A stretch of DNA of 64,000 nucleotides from Schmidtea polychroa (taxonomy: Eukaryota), in the NCBI GenBank assembly GCA_044892525.1, contig CM097886.1, positions 62,062,001-62,126,000 of the forward strand, written 5' to 3'. The notes below the pieces were generated by a model. That model ran no database searches and was not told the origin of the DNA. It saw only the letters and a program-made list of their open reading frames with translations. The translations under genes and the position numbers were made by a program. Positions 24,221 to 34,995 of the stretch are shown in pieces. Position 1 is the stretch's first letter. Every line of letters begins with the position of its first letter.

Positions 24221-24700
24221 CTAGGGTGTCCAGCTCCAAAGGTGGCTCTGGCTCCAAAAAAAGATCTTACCTTTCATTGCTAATTTAACTAGAGCTCTTT
24301 GAATCTTTTCTTGGATTGATGGGTTTTCTATATTATTTAAATCATGTATTAAATTAACATCTGCAAGATGTCTATCCCTAAGGTCTTGAGAATTGTAAGC
24401 AATATCATGTTTTAAAGCTGCTTGATCAATTCTATTCACTGGTTCTTCTCCGGGTTTGGGATTATTATTTTCATCAAGTCTAATATCTAGACGGGTTCCA
24501 GGTCCAGTAAAATTGTGATCGAATAAATGTCTTTCACCTGGATATTTTTCAGTTGTAAAGGGTTTCAATATTGAAGATGTTGTTTTTGAAGATTGAAGAT
24601 CTCCTCCAATTCGAGATGTATGTTTTTTAGTTTTAACATGACTGGCTTTATGATGTTTTCTAACTTGACAATTACAAATTTCACATTTCCAATAAGACAT
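24221..24700 (-). CDS. Zn-finger plus parvovirus VP1u-type phospholipase A2 domain (PLA2X); frameshifted from the downstream integrase
   Basis: Ca-binding loop FTGPGT and catalytic DQAALKHDIAY; N-terminal CEICN...HVKTKKH finger. Confidence 0.88.
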   Translation of the reverse strand: MSYWKCEICNCQVRKHHKASHVKTKKHTSRIGGDLQSSKTTSSILKPFTTEKYPGERHLFDHNFTGPGTRLDIRLDENNNPKPGEEPVNRIDQAALKHDIAYNSQDLRDRHLADVNLIHDLNNIENPSIQEKIQRALVKLAMKGKIFFWSQSHLWSWTP

Positions 24701-24708
24701 TTTAAAAA

Positions 24709-25972
24709 CTATAAATTACCCCGTACATTTTCAATTATTGAAATCTTTCCACCATATAATTTCATTTCTATTTTCTTTTCTTCTAATATTAATGTATATA
24801 CTTTAGCTTTAAAATTAGAATCCTTTGTTATATGAAGTGTAACATCAACATTATTTATAGCTAGACGATCATCTTGATCGGAAACAAAATATAGAATATA
24901 AATTTTTGAAATCTTCTAAACTTAATTGTGGTTCAACTTTAAAATCATAACATGTTTCAATATAATTTAGATATGGGAATATGTTTTCATTATTTTCAAT
25001 ATTAAATTCCATTCTATTTATTGGATAATAAGAATTATTTAATTGAATTTGTATCGATTTTAAATTATCATCTCCAATCTTTTGAATAAACAAGTTGTTA
25101 TTTTTTTGGAAAGATGAATCTGTTTCTTTGAATCCAATTAAGATATATCTCGGTCGGTATGCAAAGTTTGCTACCTTTATAGAATATGTTGAACCCTCTG
25201 TCATACTAAATTCACTACAGATTCTATTTAAATAATTTACATTTATAGATTTGTTGGAATTTAATCTTTCAAGGAGTTTAATCTCAGAATGTGGATTTAA
25301 TGTCCATTCAGGTATATGTAATTCAAGTGTTGATAATTTTAATTTAGCTTTTGTATCTACAGCTCCATAGAACAATTTTTTATCACCTTCTAGTCTATTA
25401 CAGTTTAATTCTATAAAAACATTATGAAGTATACGATTATAGTTTTGAAGGAATCCAAATAAGTGTTTTAATTCAAAATAACCTTCAAATTTTTTAGATT
25501 TATAAAGTTCAACTCTTTTATAGTATCCAAAATTTACATCTAAACCATCTTTATCTAAATCCCCTTTATTAACATCAGGAATCCAACCTGTTAATTCTCC
25601 ATATTCATTTTTATAATCACAACTAGTTAATATAAAATTTAACATTGTAGAATATATTCCTGGATATAAAACAGTTTCAATTTCTGATGATCCTAGTTTT
25701 TATCTCATGTTGGAGAATAAATTTGGAAAGAAATTGTTTTCTAGAGTTATATCTTTGTTTGCTTCAATTTCTAATTCAATTTTATAATATAATTTAGCAT
25801 TACAAATATCTATAGGGTTTGATGTTTGAAGAGATTGAAAAACTATATCACCCCTACGATTTAAGTTTGCAATAGATCCTGAAGTTGGGGAGATTTTTAA
25901 AATATCAATTTTTTTAATTTCATGCATAAATTCTTTATTGTAATCAAGATTTAATTTATTTTTATTATTCAT
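24709..25972 (-). pseudogene. Major capsid protein (double jelly-roll), ~420 codons, with 1 stop and 1 frameshift
   Basis: In-frame TAA at 25700-25702 links the 90-aa and 258-aa ORFs. A frameshift near 24880 restores SDQDDRLAINNVDVTLH...LYGGKISIIENVRGNL*. Motifs include ELKHLFGFLQNYNRIL and RPRYILIGF. Confidence 0.85.
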
Positions 25973-26076
25973 TTTTTATATTACTAAATTAGCAATTGCG
26001 CAGCTTGCTAGTTTTTAAGATTTAAAATTTTTAGAATTTTATAAATATAAAATTTTAAAAAATGACAAAAATCCGA

Positions 26077-26159
26077 ACCCTAATAGCGCAGTGGGAATAG
26101 ACTGGCACTGTGGTTCAAATGGATAGTGGTTCAAATCCCAACTGACATTATTTTTTTTT
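26077..26159 (+). ncRNA. tRNA-like Pol III unit (degenerate; GTG at anticodon position) with oligo-T terminator
   Basis: A box TAGCGCAGTGG (26084-26094), B box GGTTCAAATCC (26128-26138) at canonical tRNA spacing, GTG at positions 34-36, T9 run at 26151-26159. Stems pair poorly, so not a functional tRNA. Confidence 0.55.
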
Positions 26160-26297
26160 CAACATAAAATAATATTAAAAATTTGAAAATAATATTGAAA
26201 ATAATTTTGAAAATAGTGTGGGTATCTTGTATATTTTATTTTTTTTATTAATTAATTAATTTTTAAACATAAATATGAAAAAAAAATTATTGAAATG

Positions 26298-26390
26298 GGT
26301 GTGGTGGCGAACCGGTAATTATCGCCACCAGTCTTTCGAACACCCCCCGGATCGATCCCATAATGTGCACATTTATTTCTTGGTTGTTTT
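26298..26390 (+). ncRNA. Second possible Pol III unit
   Basis: A-box-like TGGCGAACCGG (26305-26315) and B-box-like GGATCGATCCC (26349-26359), the same 44-nt offset as unit 1; TTTT at 26387-26390. Each box has a mismatch to consensus. Confidence 0.35.
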
Positions 26391-26859
26391 CGGACCTCTT
26401 TCGGATTCGCTTTCGAATTCATTTGTACTTTCGAGCAGCACGCTTAAAACCGAGAAGCTGCTATTATTGAATTGATTCTGATGTATGAGTCTGGCCAGCT
26501 TGTATATTGTAAGAGATTTGATAAACGAAAGAGGTTGAAATGATCCGGATCAAAAAAAACTGTTGAGAGGACAGTGAAAAAAAACAAAACAAATACCACT
26601 GTCCTCTCAGAGCAGATTTACTATTTCATAAATTTTTTTATTCTTCAAGGCATCAAGATTAAGATTTTTAAAATAAATAAATAATGATCCTAAAAAATTA
26701 AATTACAGTACACAGGATGGCAAAAATGAGGGACAAGACTTCTAAAACAATTAAGGAAAAAACCACTTCTTGACTAATCTAGTTAAAAATGGGCTTTCAA
26801 ACATTTGTCATTATTTTATAGATCATTTATTAACTATTATTAACTATTATTATCTTTAT

Positions 26860-27420
26860 CTTAGGAGTACACACAATTGTATCAATGATTCCAGATTTTA
26901 AGGAGGAACATCAAAGTTTGAATGAAGTAATTAGTGTTTGAGAGTCGTCCAATAATGACCAGACAGCTGGTGGATGCTCTCCAAGAAATCAATGAGACGA
27001 TTGCTACAAAACCCAACTTTTTATAAGGTCATCTAAGATTTCAATCTAAGGTTGCTTACTCTAGAAATGTGTACAGATCGACGGAAAGCATATTTTCATA
27101 ACCTTCACATTTATCACACTTATGGAACTAGGCTTCGACAAAATCTTATCACTGTTAATATGACACTTTTAAGTCTTCTTTGCCTAAATCGAGACGCAAT
27201 TTGTTTGAATGGCAGAAAATTTGGAAGGTGACTTCTGAAATCACACATCCACGTGATCTCATGTTGACCGTGTTTTGGAGCTACAATGGAGTGATTTTGA
27301 CTGACTTTTTTGAAAATTGGAAAAGAATACCATATCATGGCAATCCAGAGAAGTGTTTGATTCCAGTGGCAATCGGTTTATAAATAGTAAACCCGGTTTC
27401 GTCTTAGTTATTTTTTCAGC
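26860..27420 (+). mobile_element. mariner transposase relic
   Basis: RFKEEHQSL...RP-like N-terminal part and LMLTVFWSYNGVILTDF (KVMATVFWD..GVILIDF-like). Confidence 0.7.
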
Positions 27421-27483
27421 AATTTAAAATTAATTATCGCAAACTTTATTGTTAACATAATTTATTGAAAATTTAATAAAAAA

Positions 27484-27757
27484 NNNNNNNNNNNNNNNNN
27501 NNNNNNNNNNNNNNNNNNNNNNNNNNNNNNNNNNNNNNNNNNNNNNNNNNNNNNNNNNNNNNNNNNNNNNNNNNNNNNNNNNNNNNNNNNNNNNNNNNNN
27601 NNNNNNNNNNNNNNNNNNNNNNNNNNNNNNNNNNNNNNNNNNNNNNNNNNNNNNNNNNNNNNNNNNNNNNNNNNNNNNNNNNNNNNNNNNNNNNNNNNNN
27701 NNNNNNNNNNNNNNNNNNNNNNNNNNNNNNNNNNNNNNNNNNNNNNNNNNNNNNNNN
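27484..27757. other. Assembly gap (others at 35665-35801, 41870-42019, 43132-43302, 43422-43553)
   Basis: Runs of N. Confidence 1.
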
Positions 27758-28448
27758 TTAATTAATGTGGCTTGTTCAGTTTGTAAAAAATAATTGAGTT
27801 TTATGAAAAATGGCAAAAATGAAACTCTTTTTGTCATCTTGATATTGAGATATACTTAAGTTTTGGTGCAGGAAATAAAATGTCTATTCGAGTAGAAATG
27901 CCACAACAGGCAAAGCTGGATGCGATAATCGTATCCATTCCGTATCGGATATACAACTGAGTCGTATCAAACCAGTTGCGAATATGCAAATTTAAGTTAC
28001 GAAAGGATTTAAATACGAAAGTTTACAAGGAAATTTCTTACATTAGACTTGTTTTATTTTATAGAAAATTACAAAATCGATCCTTAAAACTGTTGTATAA
28101 CCGGAAATTCCTGACAAACTTTTATATTACTATGTGATTTGAGTTTTCTAACAGAAATGACAGTCCGTGACTGTAGTATGTTAGAGAATTTCCGGGATAA
28201 ATGAATATTTGATAAATTCTTCAAAGAGATATTATCATAGATTTGTAATGAAAAGGTCCATCATTTTGTTACTAATAGTATTAAAAACATAGCTTCAAAT
28301 AGTGAATGAAATTTCATTTCCTGTTTAATAATTACACCAATTTCTTTAAAAATTTGATTATGTTTTTCTTGAAATGCAATTTTTCCAATGCAATACTTTA
28401 GAAATGAGTTCATTCTTAAATAATAAATTAATAGGGATTGTAGTAGAA

Positions 28449-29030
28449 TGTTATATTTTTATCATAATTACGAGTCAAAACAAAACCTAATTGAGGTTCT
28501 GTTTTGACTCGTAATTATGATAAAAATATAACAAAATATAAAAAATATAAATTATGTAAAAAAAATATAAAAAATAAAAAAAAATAAATAATCAAAAGTT
28601 AATTATATAATTCAAAAGACAATTACCAGAAAATTTGCTATCTTACGAATTTTTCCATCTGAAATTTCGCCCCGATCTTCAGAAAATAATTCAAGGTATT
28701 TCTAGATTTATCTATCAAACATAACGAAGGATTACGAAAGATTTCTAAAATAAAATTCCTCGGAAGCTATTTTATACCAAACATTTTGGGTACATCCTCC
28801 ACTATAAGGTTTTGTACTTTTTATAAATAAAAGTTGTAGTTTCATTTTATTGTTATTATTATTTAGTTAAATTGTAATAATTTTTTTTAAACTTACATAC
28901 ATTCACCCCAGCTGTCCTGAGACAGTTTATTTACTGGTGACTCGGCTGAGCTCTTCAAATTTCTTTACACACGCACTCACTTACAAACACAAATAAAATA
29001 TATTCCATATAAACAGATATAATTAAGTAA
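28449..29030 (-). repeat. Helentron/DINE-like non-autonomous element with a long terminal hairpin
   Basis: 34-bp perfect arms at 28449-28482 and 28500-28533, then an A-rich tract and the family conserved block at ~28905-28970. Confidence 0.55.
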
Positions 29031-30589
29031 TAACACATTCAATACCCCCTTACACCTATCAGTGCCGCGTACGAACATACTATCGAACTCAACAATAGAA
29101 ATCATCAAAAACGCTAGTATAGGAAATTTTACAAAAGTGATATACAATTATATGCGAATAACATTTTACATAAAAAGATACATTCAAAATTAAAACCTTT
29201 ACTACTGTACAAATTTTTGTCAATTTAACTACATATTAATTTTGATATTATTTGGAATTCTCAGATTCCCATAATTTTCAACAACAGATTTGATACAATT
29301 GCTTGCCTTCTGATATTTATTTTTTCATCTTTGTTGTTGATGGGCTTCAATAAACTATTTTTACTCATAACTTTATCTTTATATGCCATAATAAATATTT
29401 CTATACTCATCTTTTTGATGGTCGCTCTTAAAATAATCGCTTTCATCATTGTTCGCTTATTTAATGTCCGCCTTTTTGATAAAATATTATAATGTTTAGC
29501 TAAGCGCAGGAATTAATTTTTCTTTAGAAGGTCGTATTTATGAAATTGTTTTGTTACAATAGACTTTTCTTACAAGAAATATTAATATTTTTTTATTATG
29601 TAAATTACCAATTGTCGAATGTTTAAAATTTATAATAAAACATTTAATCATTTTATAAATTTTGAAGATATTTCTGAAATAAGATTTTATTACCCAAATT
29701 ATAAAAATCAGGTAAAATAATGATGGATTTTGTTTTTAATGTTTTAATGAGTTAAATTTTTTATATATAATTAATCATTTTTGACTAAACTTTACTCAGT
29801 GGTCAATTTTTTTAAAATTTCTACGCAATAAAACTCTTTTTTAGCCAAAGAAAATCACACTACTACGAAGTTCCCAGTTCCCCAACCCTGGCTTAGTTAA
29901 AGGTTAGGCTATCCTAAAACCCTAAAAATTACGGTTTTAAAATATCAATTTTCATCAACAAATATTACCAAAGCGGTCTCAAATTTTTTTCATTAATCCA
30001 CACTGAAACGAACGCAAAAGACAAAAATGTAATTTACTCTAATTAAAAATAAAATTAACATATCTTAATGTTTCATTCTAATTAGAAAAAAAATGCTACT
30101 AAAATTAATTTTAAAAATTTCTTTATTAGACTTAAAATTTAAATAATTTAATTTATTAAATAAAAGTATAAAATAAAATTCATTAATAAAAAATTGAATC
30201 TTACAATTTAATAGATATATTTTATAAATATATTATTATTGAAAATTTGTTAAATATCATGAAATTTCGTTTTTGCGTTTAAAATATATAAAGAATAAAT
30301 TTATAATTTGTGAAATTGACTGAAACATTTGTTAATAAAATTGAAGACGTGAATTTTTATGATTCTAATCCTATTGTTCTTTTTCAACGCTTTAAAGTTC
30401 CGGTTTATCGCTTTTTGATTTCTCTCAATTTGTGACACTCTCAAGCAGACAGTGTATAAACAAAACGAAAACCTTTTTAGATATATTTTTACATTGAAAA
30501 CGTGTATACTGATTTTTTTCTGTTGCAGTTTTCTTAGAGACATATCTCTCTACCAAATGCTTGATAATTTAATAAATAACAAAGTGTTT

Positions 30590-30790
30590 AAATGTGATCC
30601 AAATGCAATAATATTTCCATTCCAAGAATCATCAACTGCACCAATACTGTCAAAACTAGCATCGGTATCTAAAACAAATGAACTTGAAAAATATGGGAAC
30701 TTCAAAATAAACACATTTATTAATTTATATTTAAGTTCGAGAAATGTCTTCTGACAATCATCATTTCTTTATTTTACTTCCACATAAATT
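30590..30790 (-). mobile_element. Gypsy RT/RNase H relic
   Basis: Reads ILKFPYFSSSFVLDTDASFDSIGAV...IIAFGSH, compared with LVFPDFRKEFILDTDASFDTIGAV...VIAYGSH in the intact element. Confidence 0.85.
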
Positions 30791-32990
30791 TTCTTTTATG
30801 AATTTCATATAATAGTTAGTTCTAAAAATTCTCTAATTTCTTTAAATATAAAGAAATGGTGAATTTTTGATAATGAATTAATCTAAATAATATTATTTAA
30901 TTAGGAAATAATAATAAATAAATATTATTTAAAATACAATATGAATACTAAAATCACTTTATTTGCAAAAAGTATTTAAATTTTTGTTTTACTAAGTGAA
31001 AATTCCAATGGTACTTTAATACTATAAAATGATAAATATTTAATAATTATTAATGCGTATTTTCATTTATTTATAAAAATTAATTAGATTTTATTGTTGT
31101 AATTTTAAATCCAGCTGTTTAATTTAGACGTGTACAGAATTCAGAAAATATGATAATGAAAATTTACGCAGCTGTTCCAATTATTTGAATTTTATTTAGA
31201 ATAAAATGAAATTGAACCGATTTAATGGCTATGGAAATCAAATTAATTAATTAATGTTAAAATGTAAAACTTTGATCATTAAAATTAAAATTTGAATAGG
31301 ATTAAGAGTTTTTTGATGTTTTGACATTATGATTATTTTATACAGAGTTTGCAAAATTTCAACTGATTCAAACAAAATTTAAATTATATTGTAAGAATTT
31401 AATTAATCTAAAATTGGAGCAAACTATAATAGTTATTTCTATGTGAAGTTTTTAATTAATTAATGTACATTATAAGTTATATAAACTACTTTTTTAATGA
31501 AAATTGCTTTTCCATATTTTTGTGTTTAAATGTAATTGTAAAATGAATAATTAAATATGATCAAAGTTTGTTTTAAAATTGTTTTAAAATTTCTGTTTAT
31601 AATAAAAATTTATTTTGTTTAATTTAAAATTAAATTTTTGTAAAAAATTTATTTTTCATTATAATTAAATTATTGATAATGATTAAACAACATAAACCCC
31701 ATTACATATAGAATGCAAGTAATTGACACCGAATATAAATTTCGCCCCGAATATTTTGACAGGCCTATTTCCTATAATCATGTTAATTTCTGAAATTCTT
31801 TCATTTTCACAAGGCCATTAATGGGTGGATGTGTCATTAAAAGAGCACATACGGATGAGCCTGTTTCACGCGTTCACATGGTTATAGAAGACATAAGGAT
31901 ACGGAGTACTGTTTCTGATAAAAAAGGATATTTGGCTTATTTTCTTACAATGAAAATATATCTTTACATTATTATAAGATTTTTTCTTTCTTCCAATTTC
32001 ACCACTGATTATTTTTTCATTGAATTTATTAAAAAGAGAGCTTGAAGACTATAAATCAGTAATATATCGATGTCTTTTGATACTCACGAATTTTCGGCAC
32101 TGTCTTTAAATTTTATTTATGATTTTATTTGTAAAAAGCAATGCCTTCGAGAACTCCTGAAAATTATGAGAGGACGAAACTTTCGCATTGAGAGCCTATG
32201 ATCTAAAAAAATTATGATTTTATACAAAGAAACATTGATTGTTTAATCGCAGCTGAATAATAATAAATAGTATATTAATTGAAATTTTTTAAAATAATTT
32301 CTAGTGAGAACATTCTGAACATTATTATATGATGTAACTAGATTATCATCAGTGCTCAAATATGACTTCATTCTAATAGTTTGTAAAGTTTTTGAAATAA
32401 TTTTAAAATCAGATATATTTTATTTTCGGTATTATGACAACTGCACAAATGATAAGAGCAAACAATATAACTGCATTTCTACATTTTTTGCAATTCTCGA
32501 GAAATCCCATTCATCACAACATGGAAATGCAAGGAAGGTACCATAAAAAATATTAAAAAAAATATTTAACATTCAATTTTATATTTTATATATTTCCAAA
32601 AATGTATACGTATATTTTGTTACTTCTTTTGAATTAATATTATTTTTGAGGGAGGAGGCAAATTAATGATCACTTAATTTCATAATCAGCCCAGTTTAAT
32701 TCACAGTTTACCTGCGGCCAGTGGTATTCTTATTCTGGATATTGCTGTATTATGTAATTGTGTCATAGAAGTAATAACTCAAACTCAAAATGGAAGAGAA
32801 AAGGTGAAAACGTAAACCTCAAAATGAATGTCCAAAGCCCAGCACAGATATTCTATCCCTTGAAAAGAACTATTGGCAATCTTTACATTTTGTAATGTAC
32901 AGTTATACATTTTATTCGTTTTTAAACAAGGTTTCATGATACCTTGTTATTCCATTGAGCGTATGTCACGTTTGGAAAGCAATAAAAAAA

Positions 32991-33530
32991 CTATATAGCG
33001 ATAATTTACTATGGTAAATTATCGCTATACAAAAATTGATCAAAAATTAAAATATCAATAAAGAAATTAGCAAAAATTAAATTCCGAACCTTCAACAAAT
33101 CTCAAGCGTATTATCCTACCTTATCTATCCGGGAAAGTTTTATTTGATAATCCACAGTTTAATCCTTGTTTAATCCTCAAGCAGCAAAGAAATCTTGGCA
33201 AATTATTTAGCAAGAACAGGTTCGCCGTAAAAAACGTCATCTCCATCCTCAAGGTTTTTAGAATTTCAATTAAATAAAGTTATTGTTACAATTGTTAATT
33301 TGTTAAATAGATTAATTTATTTTAATATTTTTACAACGATTTTATCTCGATAGTACTGTAATTTTATCAGAATTTTTTATAATAAAAAGTCCTTACACAG
33401 CACACACCCCGATTGTCCCGCCACATTTTTTAACGGTGACTCTATCGGGCTCTACAAATTTCCTCTCACACTCGCACATACCAACATAGTTTATATTATA
33501 GTCTGGAATAGAACATAATTATATAAAACA
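32991..33530 (-). repeat. Helentron/DINE-like non-autonomous element
   Basis: Terminal hairpin TATAGCGATAATTTAC-TATG-GTAAATTATCGCTATA (32994-33029); conserved block ccccgattgtcc...ggtgactctatcgggctctacaaa (~33407-33470). Confidence 0.6.
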
Positions 33531-34789
33531 ATATTAATAACCTAAAACCTCCAACCATAATACATTTGTTCTCTAATATACAAATTTTACCTTTGTGGAA
33601 ATTTTCTCGCTAAAAATAACCAACAAGAACTAAAATGATTTTACGATGAAATTTCTTCAAATACATCACATTTTTGTTTAGGAAAAGTGTAAGTAGAGGT
33701 TTGTTAAGACTATCATTTTGTGAACGATGTCAGTCACTTCATGAGAAACCTCAAAAGAAGAATCGTCATGTAAAGGTCTACAATGATGGTCTTGGAATCA
33801 TTGGTCATAATAGTCCTGATAAAGTATTATGCACACTGAAAAAGAAAGAAATTGGAATCTTTGCATAAAAAGATAAAATATTTTAATATCTGTAAAGGGA
33901 TTGCCAAAACGAGAACATATTTTAGACAATTTCTAATAACTCAAAAACAATCCGATATAAAGACAAATAATTTCAATGATTTTAAGGTATCTTAATGGAG
34001 GAAAATGTCTACATTTTGTATTGATACACTTCGTCTTTTTTTATTATCCAATGTTCTGTACGTATGTGAGGACATGAAGTTCATTAATAACACCAAAACT
34101 TTCCACGTTTTGTAGTGTCTTTATTCGTGTACTTACAATCTTTGCTATCCATTTCACATGTTGGTTTCCTGTTTGAAGTTCTTCGAATGTATTTGTTTTA
34201 TTAAATATTTCACAGAAAAAGTCCCACGTTACTTTAATTAATTTTATTTGAATCAGTTGCTCAATATAACTAGATTAGTGTACGTTACTTTTATGTAGAA
34301 GAATGACTTTCAAACTTAATTTTAATGAATTGATAAAGATTTTTCAAACAGAAAGCTATTCATTACGTGCAAAACGATGTTTGGGCAATTCTAAATTTGG
34401 AGAGACGATTTTAGAACGATTCTTCATTGAAATGTTTTGGTACTTATAAGGAATACTAATAAAACTTGAACAATAGAAATATTGCAAGATCGTAGAAATA
34501 TTAAACTTACTGTTAACATCAGTACATGAAAAAGACCATTATTTTGCATGAGGTGTTGAAGGCGCATTAAAAGAAGGCGCAGCAAAATAAATACCAATGA
34601 AGACAGAACGACGAAAAATAGAACAAAAAGCTAATAGCAACAGTCAAGAATGAATATGAAAGATATACATAGATACTTAATGAACAATATCCAGCATCAT
34701 TAATTAAGACCTATTGTTGAATGATTAAAACGCGGTATGAGTGAAAGCCGTGTTTATGTGAATGGTATAAATTCAATGATGAAAATAGG

Positions 34790-34995
34790 AGAAAATGTAA
34801 GATTTCTAGAAATTGTTATAAAAAGGAATTTTTTATAAAAGACAAATGAGATATTGGATATACGAATCTCAATGAGTACAAAATTATGACAAATGGAAAA
34901 CCGATAATGATAAAACTTAGAAGGTAACCAATAAGCATGAGAAGATAGAAGTAATAAGAAACTTCGAAAAGAATTAAATAATTAGGAAGTGTAAT
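34790..34995 (+). mobile_element. Gypsy pol (RT N-terminus) relic
   Basis: DK*DIGYTNLNEYKIMTNGKPIMIKLRR*PI matches DKWDIGCTNLIKHKIITKGEPIMIKPRRQPI of the intact element. Confidence 0.8.

Larger units (their letters stand above)
12670..26050. mobile_element. Endogenous Polinton/Maverick (adintovirus-like) dsDNA virus, partly decayed; right boundary uncertain (26050-26620)
   Basis: Tightly packed cluster of pPolB, rve integrase, A32-type ATPase, adenain protease, MCP, penton, PLA2 and pX-like ORFs. AGTAGT left end. ~50-bp degenerate inverted match between 12880-12931 and 25990-26040. Confidence 0.95.

Noticed and set aside
12910-24835. Antisense ORFs over the Polinton genes (e.g. 12910-13221, 13231-13554, 23460-23819, 24593-24835)
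   Set aside because: They are shadows of K/E-rich coding strands with no motifs.
29855-29920. cactactac...cccaaccct as a missing Polinton right terminus
   Set aside because: Only 7-9 bp match the left end, orientation is inconsistent, and unrelated repeats lie in between.
33660-34760. Possible transposase relics (also ~44100-45000 and ~52790-53130)
   Set aside because: Coding-like composition but no motif I could assign with confidence.
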